From NCBI RefSeq assembly GCF_030013595.1, contig NZ_CP122769.1: a stretch of DNA of 64,000 nucleotides. One strand, written 5' to 3'. The notes under the pieces were generated by a model, which saw only the letters and a list, made by a program, of their open reading frames with translations, searched no databases and had not been told where the DNA came from. A program made the translations under genes and the position numbers. This DNA is from Escherichia coli. Lineage in GTDB: Bacteria > Pseudomonadota > Gammaproteobacteria > Enterobacterales > Enterobacteriaceae. Each line of letters starts with the position of its first letter. Position 1 is the stretch's first letter. Below, one piece after another: positions 47,154-56,546 of this stretch.

Positions 47154-47720
47154 TTATTCGTTTTGTTTCTGTTCGTTATACTGCTCAAACCAGAAGACGA
47201 CCGGTTTTACTACAATATGAAGCAAACCAAAACGTTCTGCGGTACGGAAATTCACGCTATATGCGCGAGCCCGTTCAACCTGTTTGGTAATTTCATTTCT
47301 CATTCCTTCAACACTAAAAGCTCCTTTAAAAAGGTTGCAGGGAGCGCATGATGGAAATAAGTTTTCTATTGCATGCAGTTCAGGGTGCATAACCTTACCC
47401 GTACTTCGGGCAACATGAGTTACGCCGCTGCCGACCGGGGCTCTCACCAGTTCAAAGTCGCGTCGAACAGGCTCAACATGATCGGCATGCCACCCTTTTT
47501 CAGGAAGCTTGCAACCACAATAGGCACAACGCCCCCCAAATTTCATTCGCAGCTCAGCTCGCTGTATTTTAGAGATCTTATTTTTAGGTTTTGAGAACCT
47601 ACCATCAGGTGATTCCGCTTTGGATAACTTTGCTGAGGGCTCAGGTAACTCAACTAAATTCCCGTTGATATTTATCACCTTGACCATATCATTTTCCGCC
47701 TTTACTAATCTCACGGGCAC
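47154..47720 (-). CDS. HNH endonuclease
   Basis: 188-aa ORF (GTG start; ATG alternative at 47687); CAYCGC..WHADHVEPV..HAIENLFPSCAPCNLFK is a classic HNH zinc-finger nuclease motif. Confidence 0.75.
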   Translation of the reverse strand: MPVRLVKAENDMVKVININGNLVELPEPSAKLSKAESPDGRFSKPKNKISKIQRAELRMKFGGRCAYCGCKLPEKGWHADHVEPVRRDFELVRAPVGSGVTHVARSTGKVMHPELHAIENLFPSCAPCNLFKGAFSVEGMRNEITKQVERARAYSVNFRTAERFGLLHIVVKPVVFWFEQYNEQKQNE

Positions 47721-47747
47721 AGGAGCTGGCTTAAGTAACCGCTGAAG

Positions 47748-47936
47748 TTAACAGCCACTGACTGCCTCTACCCAGACCTTCTGTTTATACTCAATAGGCC
47801 ACCCCTCTTTATCTGCCCGGATGACGCAATCATTTACCGTGGTGCGTGACCGGATACGAACATCAAGCGGAAGCGAATCGTTATCCACACGAGCCTGTGC
47901 CTCATTTAAAATGCGTAAAAACATCTCTTTGGTCAT
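47748..47936 (-). CDS. Small hypothetical protein
   Basis: 62-aa ORF; ATGA overlap with the upstream gene. Confidence 0.5.
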   Translation of the reverse strand: MTKEMFLRILNEAQARVDNDSLPLDVRIRSRTTVNDCVIRADKEGWPIEYKQKVWVEAVSGC

Positions 47937-48244
47937 TCAGATACCCCCTCAACTTTGCGAATTTTGATCAGATGAGGGCGATTCAGTTTACAAAGTTGTT
48001 CTGTCGCTTCATCAATCGAATTGAACCGATGAGCCTCTTCGATATTTAAAGTCCAGTATTTCGCTTTCCCTTCTCCCAGATCGGACTCAAAATAATTTCG
48101 CTTTACATCCATTTTTTTAGGCCTGCCATTTATCTTGACGACATTATGTCTGTCATCAAAAAGAAATTCGTCCCCCTCAAAAGTGATTAATACAAATGGC
48201 CCCTCAGGCTTGGAAGTCCGGGGACTTCCCATTTTCAAAGTCAT
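47933..48244 (-). CDS. Hypothetical protein
   Basis: 103-aa ORF; GAGAGG SD. Confidence 0.55.
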   Translation of the reverse strand: MTLKMGSPRTSKPEGPFVLITFEGDEFLFDDRHNVVKINGRPKKMDVKRNYFESDLGEGKAKYWTLNIEEAHRFNSIDEATEQLCKLNRPHLIKIRKVEGVSE

Positions 48245-48306
48245 ACTTCAGCCTCTCGATAGAACTCATGAAACCTCAAATTAAAATGGACTCACACCAC
48301 ACTGAT

Positions 48307-48546
48307 TCAGTATTCCTCCTGAACCCCATTAGGCTCTGTTGTGATTTCATATTTAATACCGCCAGGTGCTCCCACAGCGTCCGCGACCGACTCACACAGC
48401 AGCGAGAGATCGTTGAGGGTCATTGGGTGTTCAATGTCCAGCGTGAAGAGTTTCCCGGCTTGCTTGGCGGCTGTCTTGTCAGCATGTTCAGCATTAAAAA
48501 GGTATACGGTGTGTTTTTCCTGAGCGGGGGTATTTTGATTTTGCAT
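48307..48546 (-). CDS. Small protein, paralogue of 43118..43342
   Basis: 79-aa ORF; DIEHPMTLNDLSLLCESVADAVGAPGGIKY shared block; AAAGGA SD. Confidence 0.65.
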   Translation of the reverse strand: MQNQNTPAQEKHTVYLFNAEHADKTAAKQAGKLFTLDIEHPMTLNDLSLLCESVADAVGAPGGIKYEITTEPNGVQEEY

Positions 48547-48678
48547 TGATGATCCTTTTGTTTAGTTCCCCGATTCCGGGGGTGAGTGAATTAATTTAAA
48601 TTTATATTTGTCTGGTTTAATTAGAACGTTTCCAGGCTATGCGTAAACAGGTAATGCAAAGGCTGTATCAACAGGATT

Positions 48679-48689
48679 AAAGTTACTTT
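48679..48689. repeat. Palindromic box, copy 17 (ttAAAGTTACTTTTctgg)
   Basis: Read directly; intergenic. Confidence 0.8.
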
Positions 48690-48795
48690 TCTGGATGCAG
48701 CAACGCTTGGACATGATGTCCACATTACATCACGATCAAAGCTAAGTTTTTTTTGTATAACCCCTTCATTTTCGTGTGTTTCGCGTTTCAGACGC

Positions 48796-51180
48796 TTATA
48801 CGACCTGCCTGACCATCCTCATCAGAAGGCGGTTTAACAGTCCTTTCGCTGTCGGGCGATTGCTATCGACATAGTAAAAACCTGTTTTGGTCGTACCGTG
48901 AGCACTGCTCAGCACCCTCAGTTCCCAGATAACGTCACGGATAACGCCGCCATTTTCTGGCTTAAGGCATTCAGATAAATGGCGCATGAAACGAGCTCTT
49001 ACGGCACGGTAATAGCGGAACTCCTCTGGCTGGTTAGTATTTTCTTTCACCCGGAGTCGCTGGTTACACAGAGTTAGAACTGCATCCATCATTCCCGCCT
49101 TCAGCTTCGCCTGGATCGCACCTTGTTGCTGTTCCCTCTCACCTTCGAGTAACGTTAAGATTCTTTCTCCGAGTGCCGTCTTGTTGTGTACGTGCAACTG
49201 TACACAGGCAGCTACGCATGCCCAGAATCTGAACTTTTTTATCTGTCCACGCAATTTCCGGGCTACAACCTGACGGTATGCAGTATCGCTGAGTATTTTA
49301 AAACGCCGACTGGCAACCAGCTCTGGAAGCGACACTCTTTCGCCTATCCCCAGGCGGGAAAAGGTTTGTCCCCGTTGTGCGAGACGATGATAGACAGCGC
49401 CCTTCCCTTTTGAAATTCGGACCGCGCCATAACGAAGAAGATACTGAGCAGCAGTCGTTGGAGTAAACTCACCGTCAGCGATGCTCTGGCGTAACCCGTC
49501 GTATTCATGCCAGATAATCCAGGACGCCGTATCTTCTTCAACAGTCAGCTCATCCTCTTCCTCGAATGCCACGACGACAGAACTGCTCTCTCCGGTCTTT
49601 AGGCTACGTGAAGCCCTGGGGTCAGCCTGCCCGTCAAAATAGGTCATCAGCGGCAACGTATCAGTCAGTCCATCATAAGCTGTACCGAACCGGCCTCCGG
49701 GCAGTTTCATCCAGAGTGGAGCTGGCATTGGTGTACGGGCCACAGGCAGCATGTCAGGCTCATCCTCAAGAAGGTCCAGATCGGCCTCTTCCCAGACTCT
49801 GCGATAGATCTCAATTGCCCGAAACGGGCGAGGGTTGAAACAGTGCAACGACCAGAGGAAATCAACGTGGATCACGTTTGCTTCATGTACAAGCCGAAAT
49901 TGTGGCTCAGCCATACGACGGTTATAAGCCGTATCGTCCACCTCGCCGGAAAGTAGCTTTCTGCGATGCTTTGCCGCACGTCTGGCTTCAACATAATCAA
50001 GGCTGCAACAGACATGAAAAAGACGTTCAGTCAGGGACGAAGAAAAGATATTGGGTTGAAGACGCACATACCCGCCTTCGAACACTTTACGACCGATATA
50101 ATCCCGCAGGCTCCAGTCGTACTGGATCTTAGAAAGAAATCGCTGAAGACGACTTAGGCCTGCCTGATAACCATATTTCTCAGGGTCAGTGCGAAGGAGC
50201 GTTTCCATTGAATGGTCAACCCCTACGGCTGTGCAAAGCGAGCACCCATATCTAGCCCCACAAGCTGAGGTTCGCGTGGGTTTCTCCGGCGACCAGATAC
50301 ACTCTCCGGTGGCGTCTTTATAAAGCGTTGCCAGGCTGAAGTTATCCGGCATAAAGCTTGGTAAAGGGAAGCGGGATTCGGAACCACAGGCCATTAGAAA
50401 AGACCAGATGTCCTGAGTGCGCCACTCCTTTACTGGATAGAGTTCACCACCGTGCTCAGTCAGGGTTACTTTCCTCGCCTGCCCTCCCATTTTGAGGATA
50501 TTTCCGGCCCTTCGGGCACTTTCATCATCCCTGGAGCCCAGCATCAGGCATACCCTGCTTCGTACGGATGCCGGGGCGTTTTTTAGATAACGAGCTTTGG
50601 CCTTGCGCAGGGGGGCGATTTTGTAGTCGGTTGAGCACTGACGGGTTGAAGAATTAGTCCAGGTCGGAAGTCCACGTCCAGTCAGAATGCGGCCTACCCA
50701 GCTCTGCGTAAGAGACGGTTGGGCGACAAGGACTGTGACCGGTAGCTGGTGTTCAGCAATGAACATTCTAAGCTGGTTGAGAACCTGTGAAGCCTGATAG
50801 TGCATCTCAGGGTTTTCGATCAGCGTATCGGACATCTGAATGAAATGATGTTCGCTGATATTTGTGCCGTTACGTACTGCCCTGATCAATGCCATCAGAA
50901 ATAGGTGAAGAAGAGAATGGGAGTCTTTACCGCCACTGTATCCCACGCACATCGTCCATCCGTCCGTAATAGCCTGATAAATAGCAGATGTGGCTGACGT
51001 GACCAGAGAAGAAAGACTCACAGTCTCCTTTTCATCGGTATAGTTCAGATCGGCATCGGTTGTCAGGGTCTCCCAAACATCAGCCCATTTATCATGTTTC
51101 AAAATGGCAGCATTAGCCGCCTCAGGAAAAATAACTTCTGAGGGTAATTCAAGGAATGAGTCACTTTTTTCAATAAACAT
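48796..51180 (-). CDS. Large PP-loop ATPase of the PAPS-reductase/DndC-like family
   Basis: 794-aa ORF; PP-loop VGYSGGKDSHSL; RQCSTDYKIAPL, LGSRDDESARRA and ACGARYGCSLC parallel the DndC RWCT..KIxP, RxxES and FGCWxC blocks; about 400-aa unknown C-terminal extension. Confidence 0.7.
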   Translation of the reverse strand: MFIEKSDSFLELPSEVIFPEAANAAILKHDKWADVWETLTTDADLNYTDEKETVSLSSLVTSATSAIYQAITDGWTMCVGYSGGKDSHSLLHLFLMALIRAVRNGTNISEHHFIQMSDTLIENPEMHYQASQVLNQLRMFIAEHQLPVTVLVAQPSLTQSWVGRILTGRGLPTWTNSSTRQCSTDYKIAPLRKAKARYLKNAPASVRSRVCLMLGSRDDESARRAGNILKMGGQARKVTLTEHGGELYPVKEWRTQDIWSFLMACGSESRFPLPSFMPDNFSLATLYKDATGECIWSPEKPTRTSACGARYGCSLCTAVGVDHSMETLLRTDPEKYGYQAGLSRLQRFLSKIQYDWSLRDYIGRKVFEGGYVRLQPNIFSSSLTERLFHVCCSLDYVEARRAAKHRRKLLSGEVDDTAYNRRMAEPQFRLVHEANVIHVDFLWSLHCFNPRPFRAIEIYRRVWEEADLDLLEDEPDMLPVARTPMPAPLWMKLPGGRFGTAYDGLTDTLPLMTYFDGQADPRASRSLKTGESSSVVVAFEEEDELTVEEDTASWIIWHEYDGLRQSIADGEFTPTTAAQYLLRYGAVRISKGKGAVYHRLAQRGQTFSRLGIGERVSLPELVASRRFKILSDTAYRQVVARKLRGQIKKFRFWACVAACVQLHVHNKTALGERILTLLEGEREQQQGAIQAKLKAGMMDAVLTLCNQRLRVKENTNQPEEFRYYRAVRARFMRHLSECLKPENGGVIRDVIWELRVLSSAHGTTKTGFYYVDSNRPTAKGLLNRLLMRMVRQVV

Positions 51181-51352
51181 ATATTTTCCTGAACCACGGC
51201 ATATGCTGCATCACTGATATTTTTATTAGAACTTTAAAATAACTACAGCGCAACCATTTAGCGAAATTATATTAAATCAAAATCACGCAAATTTAATTCT
51301 TAAATAGATTTAAAATAAAAACCCATTGTAATTTAATCTCCCAGCACAGCTA

Positions 51353-51802
51353 TTAGATATAGGTTGGTGGTGTAATAAAAGCCGTGACATTTGTTTTCAA
51401 CTCAGACAGCGGAATTGAAGGAGTGTTAAGAGTCATGTCATCACCACAATGGCGTGGTAGAGCAGAAAGCTGAAATGAATCTTTCATCACCCTAATAACC
51501 GGGCATTCCGTACGTGCTGATGGCATTACTTCCCGCAGCATCGCTTCCTGCCTTGTGCTATCGCTATGCTTATATTCATCCTGGTCTGTTATTTCTTGAA
51601 TTTCATCTTCACCACAAAATGACCAGTTAGCGTCATAGAAGTAAAACTCAGTTAACTGAAGATCGTTTTTTTTCACGTATGTCGCCAATTTGCGGATACG
51701 CTGTTCAAGCATTGTATCTATCCGTAAGGAAACACTTTGCGGAACATCACTTGCAAAGTCATTGATGCAAACAACGGTAGATACTATGAATTTATTGGTC
51801 AT
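51353..51802 (-). CDS. Hypothetical protein
   Basis: 149-aa ORF; GGAG SD. Confidence 0.55.
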   Translation of the reverse strand: MTNKFIVSTVVCINDFASDVPQSVSLRIDTMLEQRIRKLATYVKKNDLQLTEFYFYDANWSFCGEDEIQEITDQDEYKHSDSTRQEAMLREVMPSARTECPVIRVMKDSFQLSALPRHCGDDMTLNTPSIPLSELKTNVTAFITPPTYI

Positions 51803-51853
51803 GGCAGGCTCCAGGCCACCGGGGGAACCGGTGGCTACGGTTATCAGGCAGGC

Positions 51854-52645
51854 TTATGCGCCGCAAAGGGTGTCAAGGGAAGGAAGAAGCTTGCTCAGCT
51901 TGTCGTAATCGAGCGGAGACAGTTCTGTAACGAGTTCGACCGAAAGACTGGTGTTGTCTTCTTCACTCAGAATATAGATTCCGTCTTCTGGCTCTTTTCC
52001 GGCACATGCCTTCAGTCGTCTGTTAACGACCTCCTGGGCTGAATCCGCTACGTCGCAGCTCAGGACATAGCTTGCCACATAGCTGCTCTCACCGTGGTAA
52101 TGCGTCACTTTACACAGAGCATACTGGATACCGGCTTTGTGAGCCTCATTCATGAGACGAGAAAACTGACAGCCATCCTGGTAATAGTGGGTATCCTTTG
52201 TGACCAGAATAGTCATACCCCCAAATTCATCTGTCCGGCTTTTACTGCATGTAAATGCAGCAGTAATTGTTACCATTTCCGGGAGGTCGAATACCGACAG
52301 CACGGCAGTTGTGAGGCAAATTGCATGGTCAAGATCAATAGTCTCTCCATGAAAAACTGACAGCCCACTGCTGTTAACTTCTGTTGCGAACGACAGTTCA
52401 TAATTACAGTCTGGGCAGGATGGTTGCCCAAAGCTCGGCTCTGAAGGGTCATACTCAGGGTGGTTCTCAATAATACTGAGAATCAGCTTCTCAGTCAGAG
52501 AACAATCTGCCAGTGGCTTATCAAGCAAACGCTCACCTTCTGCAATTTCTGCTTCGGTAACGAATGTGATTGCTTCTTGTGCCATTTTAGCCTGCTCCTG
52601 AGTGCAGGGAATAATAAACGACGCCAGAGTATAATTATCTGCCAC
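51854..52645 (-). CDS. Hypothetical protein
   Basis: 263-aa ORF (GTG start) with AAGGAG SD; conserved promoter module upstream. Confidence 0.6.
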   Translation of the reverse strand: MADNYTLASFIIPCTQEQAKMAQEAITFVTEAEIAEGERLLDKPLADCSLTEKLILSIIENHPEYDPSEPSFGQPSCPDCNYELSFATEVNSSGLSVFHGETIDLDHAICLTTAVLSVFDLPEMVTITAAFTCSKSRTDEFGGMTILVTKDTHYYQDGCQFSRLMNEAHKAGIQYALCKVTHYHGESSYVASYVLSCDVADSAQEVVNRRLKACAGKEPEDGIYILSEEDNTSLSVELVTELSPLDYDKLSKLLPSLDTLCGA

Positions 52646-52687
52646 AGTTGACTCCTTGATTATTTAATTAATGTATTTGATGAGAAG

Positions 52688-52726
52688 ATCATAACAAACA
52701 CACTACTACCAACTAATAACCTGAAG
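52688..52726 (-). promoter_or_regulatory. Conserved promoter module, copy 6
   Basis: Minus strand CTTCAGGTTATTAGTT, 17 nt, TATGAT. Confidence 0.55.
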
Positions 52727-52814
52727 TCGTTTTTTTAGAAAAAATATTAAGAAGAATATGAACACCACCTCATCTTAAATTAATATTGTTCAGGATTAAT
52801 ATTCATTTTTGCAA

Positions 52815-52840
52815 ATAAAAACCGCCAGACGGCGGCTTTT
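52815..52840 (-). terminator. Rho-independent terminator
   Basis: Minus strand AGCCGCC-GTCT-GGCGGT followed by TTTTTATTT, 30 nt after the stop at 52872. Confidence 0.6.
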
Positions 52841-52871
52841 ATAAAGAGGGAAATATCATTGGAAGCTGAAA

Positions 52872-53129
52872 TTACTTCACGGCAGGCCGACAAATTACGC
52901 GACTGCTGTGAGCTGAAGCGAAACTTGTAGAGGAAACTATAATCACCTTTTCTAAGTCGTCGGCACTGTCGGCAATATGATGCCGAAAAGCCTCCTCTGC
53001 ATCACCAGGGGAATCGGCTTCGACCGGGTAGGCCTGATCATCATCATCAAACATAATGCGCCCGGAAATGAGATAAAGTCGGCTCAAATCTGGCGTCGCT
53101 GCGCTCGTGCTTCGTTCGTTCAGATTCAT
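52872..53129 (-). CDS. Small acidic hypothetical protein
   Basis: 85-aa ORF; ACGGAGAA SD. Confidence 0.55.
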   Translation of the reverse strand: MNLNERSTSAATPDLSRLYLISGRIMFDDDDQAYPVEADSPGDAEEAFRHHIADSADDLEKVIIVSSTSFASAHSSRVICRPAVK

Positions 53130-53194
53130 TTTTTCTCCGTCTGTTGCTCGTAAAAAGAATGACGCCGGTTTAAAAGGCGTCGCCAGGGTTCAGG

Positions 53195-53521
53195 CTAAAA
53201 CGCAGGGTTGCCATCGAGGAAGCTCATTGGCTGGCCAATAGCGGATGCCACCCTGAGAATTTCACCTGGTGTGGCATAGCGCAGCATTTCTGAGCGTCCA
53301 AATTTCTGATACTCATCTACTGACATCTTTCTCCACTCGGGGTGAGGATCTTTTCCGCACAGTGACCAGTTGCTTTCAGAGGAATCACGACGGAGAACGT
53401 ACACATCAAGCGAGGCTGTAAGCCCGCTTCCATATCCCCGCTGCGCTACAATACGAACCTGAGAACCATCGTCGCGTTGCAACGTCTGGGTTAATTTCGT
53501 GATAGGATCCTGAGAATGCAT
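53195..53521 (-). CDS. Hypothetical protein
   Basis: 108-aa ORF; GAGGT SD. Confidence 0.6.
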   Translation of the reverse strand: MHSQDPITKLTQTLQRDDGSQVRIVAQRGYGSGLTASLDVYVLRRDSSESNWSLCGKDPHPEWRKMSVDEYQKFGRSEMLRYATPGEILRVASAIGQPMSFLDGNPAF

Positions 53522-53559
53522 GCCATTTACCTCGTTTTTAAAAGAATTACCGTAAGTAA

Positions 53560-53598
53560 ATGATACCGAATCGAGAATTCTGGCTAATAGGTCAGAAG
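53560..53598 (-). promoter_or_regulatory. Conserved promoter module, copy 7 (variant)
   Basis: Minus strand CTTCTGACCTATTAGCC, 16 nt, TATCAT. Confidence 0.5.
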
Positions 53599-53727
53599 AA
53601 AAAATATTGCATATTTTTGAAGTGTAGGATAATGATTAGAATAAAATGGCCTGAATAAATCGTTAGCTTTAACTCTGCTTATTTCAGAAAAACTCTGAAT
53701 TAGTAGTGATGGAAAACGACGCGGTGA

Positions 53728-53738
53728 AAAGTAACTTT
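53728..53738. repeat. Palindromic box, copy 18 (ggtgAAAAGTAACTTTTacacc)
   Basis: Read directly; 130 bp upstream of promoter module copy 7; flanks extend the palindrome (GGTG..CACC). Confidence 0.85.
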
Positions 53739-53762
53739 TACACCGCAATTCAGAAAAAAGTT

Positions 53763-54083
53763 TCAGTTAGTCACATTACGAATAACCCGGCTTACTTTCG
53801 CATGTGCGTTCCCCTGCATGTTAAAGTAAAGCCCTCCGGGCAGACTCGTCGCCCACTTAACGCCTCGCTCAGCCATACGCTTCGGTGTTTCCAGCCAACC
53901 ACGAGGAATATTGCCCGGAACGTTACCGATAACCCGTCAAATGCATGCTGCTACCCGGATGCCGCCGGGAATATCGCATTTGGATTCAACAATATGCATG
54001 ACCTCAGATAAAGCACCATGCCGCTGGACATGATCGCCAATGTGCAACTCGATAGGAGAAGCCATTTCTGAATCTGACTTCAT
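53763..54083 (-). pseudogene. Gene with in-frame TGA at codon 49 (48-aa product, or 106 aa if read through)
   Basis: ATG 54083 with AAAGGTGG SD; frame MKSDSEMASPIELHIGDHVQRHGALSEVMHIVESKCDIPGGIRVAACI-TGA-RVIGNVPGNIPRGWLETPKRMAERGVKWATSLPGGLYFNMQGNAHAKVSRVIRNVTN. Confidence 0.5.
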
Positions 54084-54363
54084 ATCTGTCCACCTTTAAT
54101 TTAGAAACCGTCTAAATTACCAAATTAGTTAATCCAACAACATCTGTATCACAACCATCAATTTGTTTTTGTTGGGTCTATATCGTAGAAACAAGTGAAT
54201 AATGAATACACTCGTTAATACAGACAACCGGAAATGAATGACTACCTGATTATCTCAGCGGTATATGCTAAGCCGTTAATATTGCCATTCTCTGGTGGAA
54301 CCACTGCTAAATGAATAAACCGTTTGTCGCTTCAAACCACTTTATCAAAACCGTTAACTTGCA

Positions 54364-55614
54364 TTAAGTCCGATACAGTTCGGCGAGCTCATCCAGCATG
54401 GGGTTACTCTTATATCCCGGTGCGGCCGTAAAAAGGTTTCGGGAAATCGCCAGCCACTCCATGATTTTGTCCGTCGCCAGCCAACGTCTGCCAAGTCGCT
54501 CGGCTGCGATGGGGACTTTATGCAAGCCAGCGAAGGGATCTACAACAAGATCTCCCGGCTCTGTCAAAAACTCAATCAGAAACGCTGCAAGCCTGGTAGG
54601 AGACGTTGCACCGTGCAGCGGAAAACCGAGCTCGCGGGCAATGGAATGGCAAAATCTCGTATCAGCGCAGCTATTGCCGTAAAACAAAGTATTCTTGGGG
54701 ATCGTTCCTTCTGTTTTATTTCCAAAGGAACCGCTTTTAAGCTGGTACGCCCCATCACCATAAAAGGTCGTGCGATTTTCACCGCCTGCTGCCTGCAATT
54801 TTAGATGCTGGTCTGAATGCGGTTGTAGTACACGTAAGTTGTTTGAACGAACCTTACTCGCATCATTGGTAAACCACAGCACAGGCTCATACGATGAGCA
54901 GAGCTGCACCCGTTGCTTACATGCCCAGTGCGTTGGCGATGGGGGCTTACTGCGATTCACCCACTGAAGCCTGTCCATGAGCTCAAGCCCCAGCTTGTCA
55001 CATAATGCCAGTGTCAGACGCTCCAGATACAGAGAACGTGAAGGCCTACCCCTATTAAAGCTATCTTGAGTGATATTCAATGCCACACTTGCGCCCGGTA
55101 CAAGCTGTTTCACGATCGGTTCGAGGATACGCAGAAGCCAGTCAATATAAGCCTGCTCGCCACGCCCCCCTCCGTGCCCGTAGTCTCTTGAATTTCGAAG
55201 GAGGTAAGGTGGCGAGGTCAGGCAAAGATGAATTTGCTCGGTGATATTGCTGAAGAAGGCATAGGCGTTTCCAAAAACCGATGCCCCAAGAGAAGTTGAG
55301 AAACCGACAACACAGAGCTTTTCCCATGACTCATGCAGGTTTGTTTTCGTCTTAGAGGCGTATCTCCAGACGCCCCGTTTTTCTGGAACGCGTTCGATGA
55401 CCCCGGCCTGACGGAGAGTCTGCTGAAACCAGCGAACCTTATGTTTGACGCCGCTGGTTCTGGTTTTATCTGACCCAAATTCTTTCAGTTCGTGCAATTC
55501 GGCATCCGACATGCCAGTTTTACGCTGCACTTCGCGATAAAGCTCGTCGTTGGTCAACGGCGATTCGGAGGCAGCGTAGATATGCGCAATTAAGTCCGTA
55601 TTAATCGTACTCAT
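54364..55614 (-). CDS. Orphan DNA methyltransferase (beta-class N4-C/N6-A, SPPY type) with extra N-terminal domain
   Basis: 416-aa ORF; catalytic motif IV CLTSPPYLL precedes SAM motif I VVDPFAGLH..ERLGRRWLATD (IV-before-I order). Confidence 0.75.
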   Translation of the reverse strand: MSTINTDLIAHIYAASESPLTNDELYREVQRKTGMSDAELHELKEFGSDKTRTSGVKHKVRWFQQTLRQAGVIERVPEKRGVWRYASKTKTNLHESWEKLCVVGFSTSLGASVFGNAYAFFSNITEQIHLCLTSPPYLLRNSRDYGHGGGRGEQAYIDWLLRILEPIVKQLVPGASVALNITQDSFNRGRPSRSLYLERLTLALCDKLGLELMDRLQWVNRSKPPSPTHWACKQRVQLCSSYEPVLWFTNDASKVRSNNLRVLQPHSDQHLKLQAAGGENRTTFYGDGAYQLKSGSFGNKTEGTIPKNTLFYGNSCADTRFCHSIARELGFPLHGATSPTRLAAFLIEFLTEPGDLVVDPFAGLHKVPIAAERLGRRWLATDKIMEWLAISRNLFTAAPGYKSNPMLDELAELYRT

Positions 55615-55782
55615 CAGCCATCCTAATGGGGATACAGTTATTATATCGGCCTGATGGTTGGAAGTGAGATTACTAAATCAGACCGATCTGGTTTGTTGAA
55701 GACTTTGCCAAATCATGCAGCACAGCTGGGCTTGCACAGAGCGAGCCGGGCTCCTTTAGCGGAGACACCTTCGCAAGTTGGA

Positions 55783-56391
55783 TTAATCAGCCTCAAGATT
55801 CTGGAACTCAATGAGCTTTTGCTCACACTCCTCCCTGCCCCACGATCCCTGCCAGTCACAGATGTCCCGGTACTTACTTTCCAGCTTATCCATCTGTGCG
55901 AGATTAGCTGTTGCGAAGTCTGTCCATATGTCATGCCAGCAAGCGTTGTACGTAACGCCAGCTGGTGGACAATACTCCATTGCATCAGCATTAATAATTT
56001 CAACGCGAAGATCGGTTGCAAACGAGGCTGCAACGAGGTTAATAACATCCTGTTCTTTTTCGATTACCGTGACATGGGTTACATCGTCTTTCTGAAGAAT
56101 GGCGTGGAGCACCATACCAAGACCAAGACCATTAATGAGCACCCGCCCGGTGGCTCGCTCTATAAAATCCTGGCAGGTTCGGATCTCCATCGGGGTATTG
56201 GACATCACCACATCCCAGCCGTTGGACAAGCGGCGATATCTACCGGGCGGGATAAACTCATCTGTATTACCAGTACACTCGGCACGAAGGGCGAGGGTCA
56301 GCGCCTTATCTGTGGTAATTTCGAAAGTGTCCAGTTTCCAAGTTCCGGACTTGCCGTCTTTAACGGGTAAATCAGAAAAGCAGCTCTTCAT
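55783..56391 (-). CDS. Class I SAM-dependent methyltransferase-fold protein
   Basis: ORF with VLINGLGLGMVLHAIL..VTVIEKEQDVI (GxGxG SAM loop plus acidic residue); start uncertain (ATG 56391 or TTG 56403). Confidence 0.6.
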   Translation of the reverse strand: MKSCFSDLPVKDGKSGTWKLDTFEITTDKALTLALRAECTGNTDEFIPPGRYRRLSNGWDVVMSNTPMEIRTCQDFIERATGRVLINGLGLGMVLHAILQKDDVTHVTVIEKEQDVINLVAASFATDLRVEIINADAMEYCPPAGVTYNACWHDIWTDFATANLAQMDKLESKYRDICDWQGSWGREECEQKLIEFQNLEAD

Positions 56392-56546
56392 CGAGGCAAC
56401 CAAAATTCCAGTAGTTTTGTTACGCTGAACCTACCACAAACCCGCTCTTAATGAAGGCATCAGGAGCGATAGCGATCTTTGAGGCATCGTTTAAAACAGC
56501 GGCATCCTGTAACAGACACCCGATATTTTTTTTAATGCCGCAGGTG

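Noticed and set aside
53937-53939. In-frame TGA as a selenocysteine codon
   Set aside because: No convincing SECIS-like hairpin lies immediately downstream (only a weak GTTA-TCGG-TAAC stem). A plasmid accessory gene is an unlikely selenoprotein. A nonsense mutation is simpler.
53706-54011. Plus-strand 101-aa ORF from the six-frame track
   Set aside because: It has no SD. It is antisense to a minus-strand frame that has a strong SD and protein-like sequence. It would have to encode a palindromic box in its first codons. All neighbours are on the minus strand.
55654-56370. Plus-strand 238-aa ORF
   Set aside because: It is antisense to the minus-strand ORF that carries a clear SAM-binding GxGxG motif, and it has no motif of its own.
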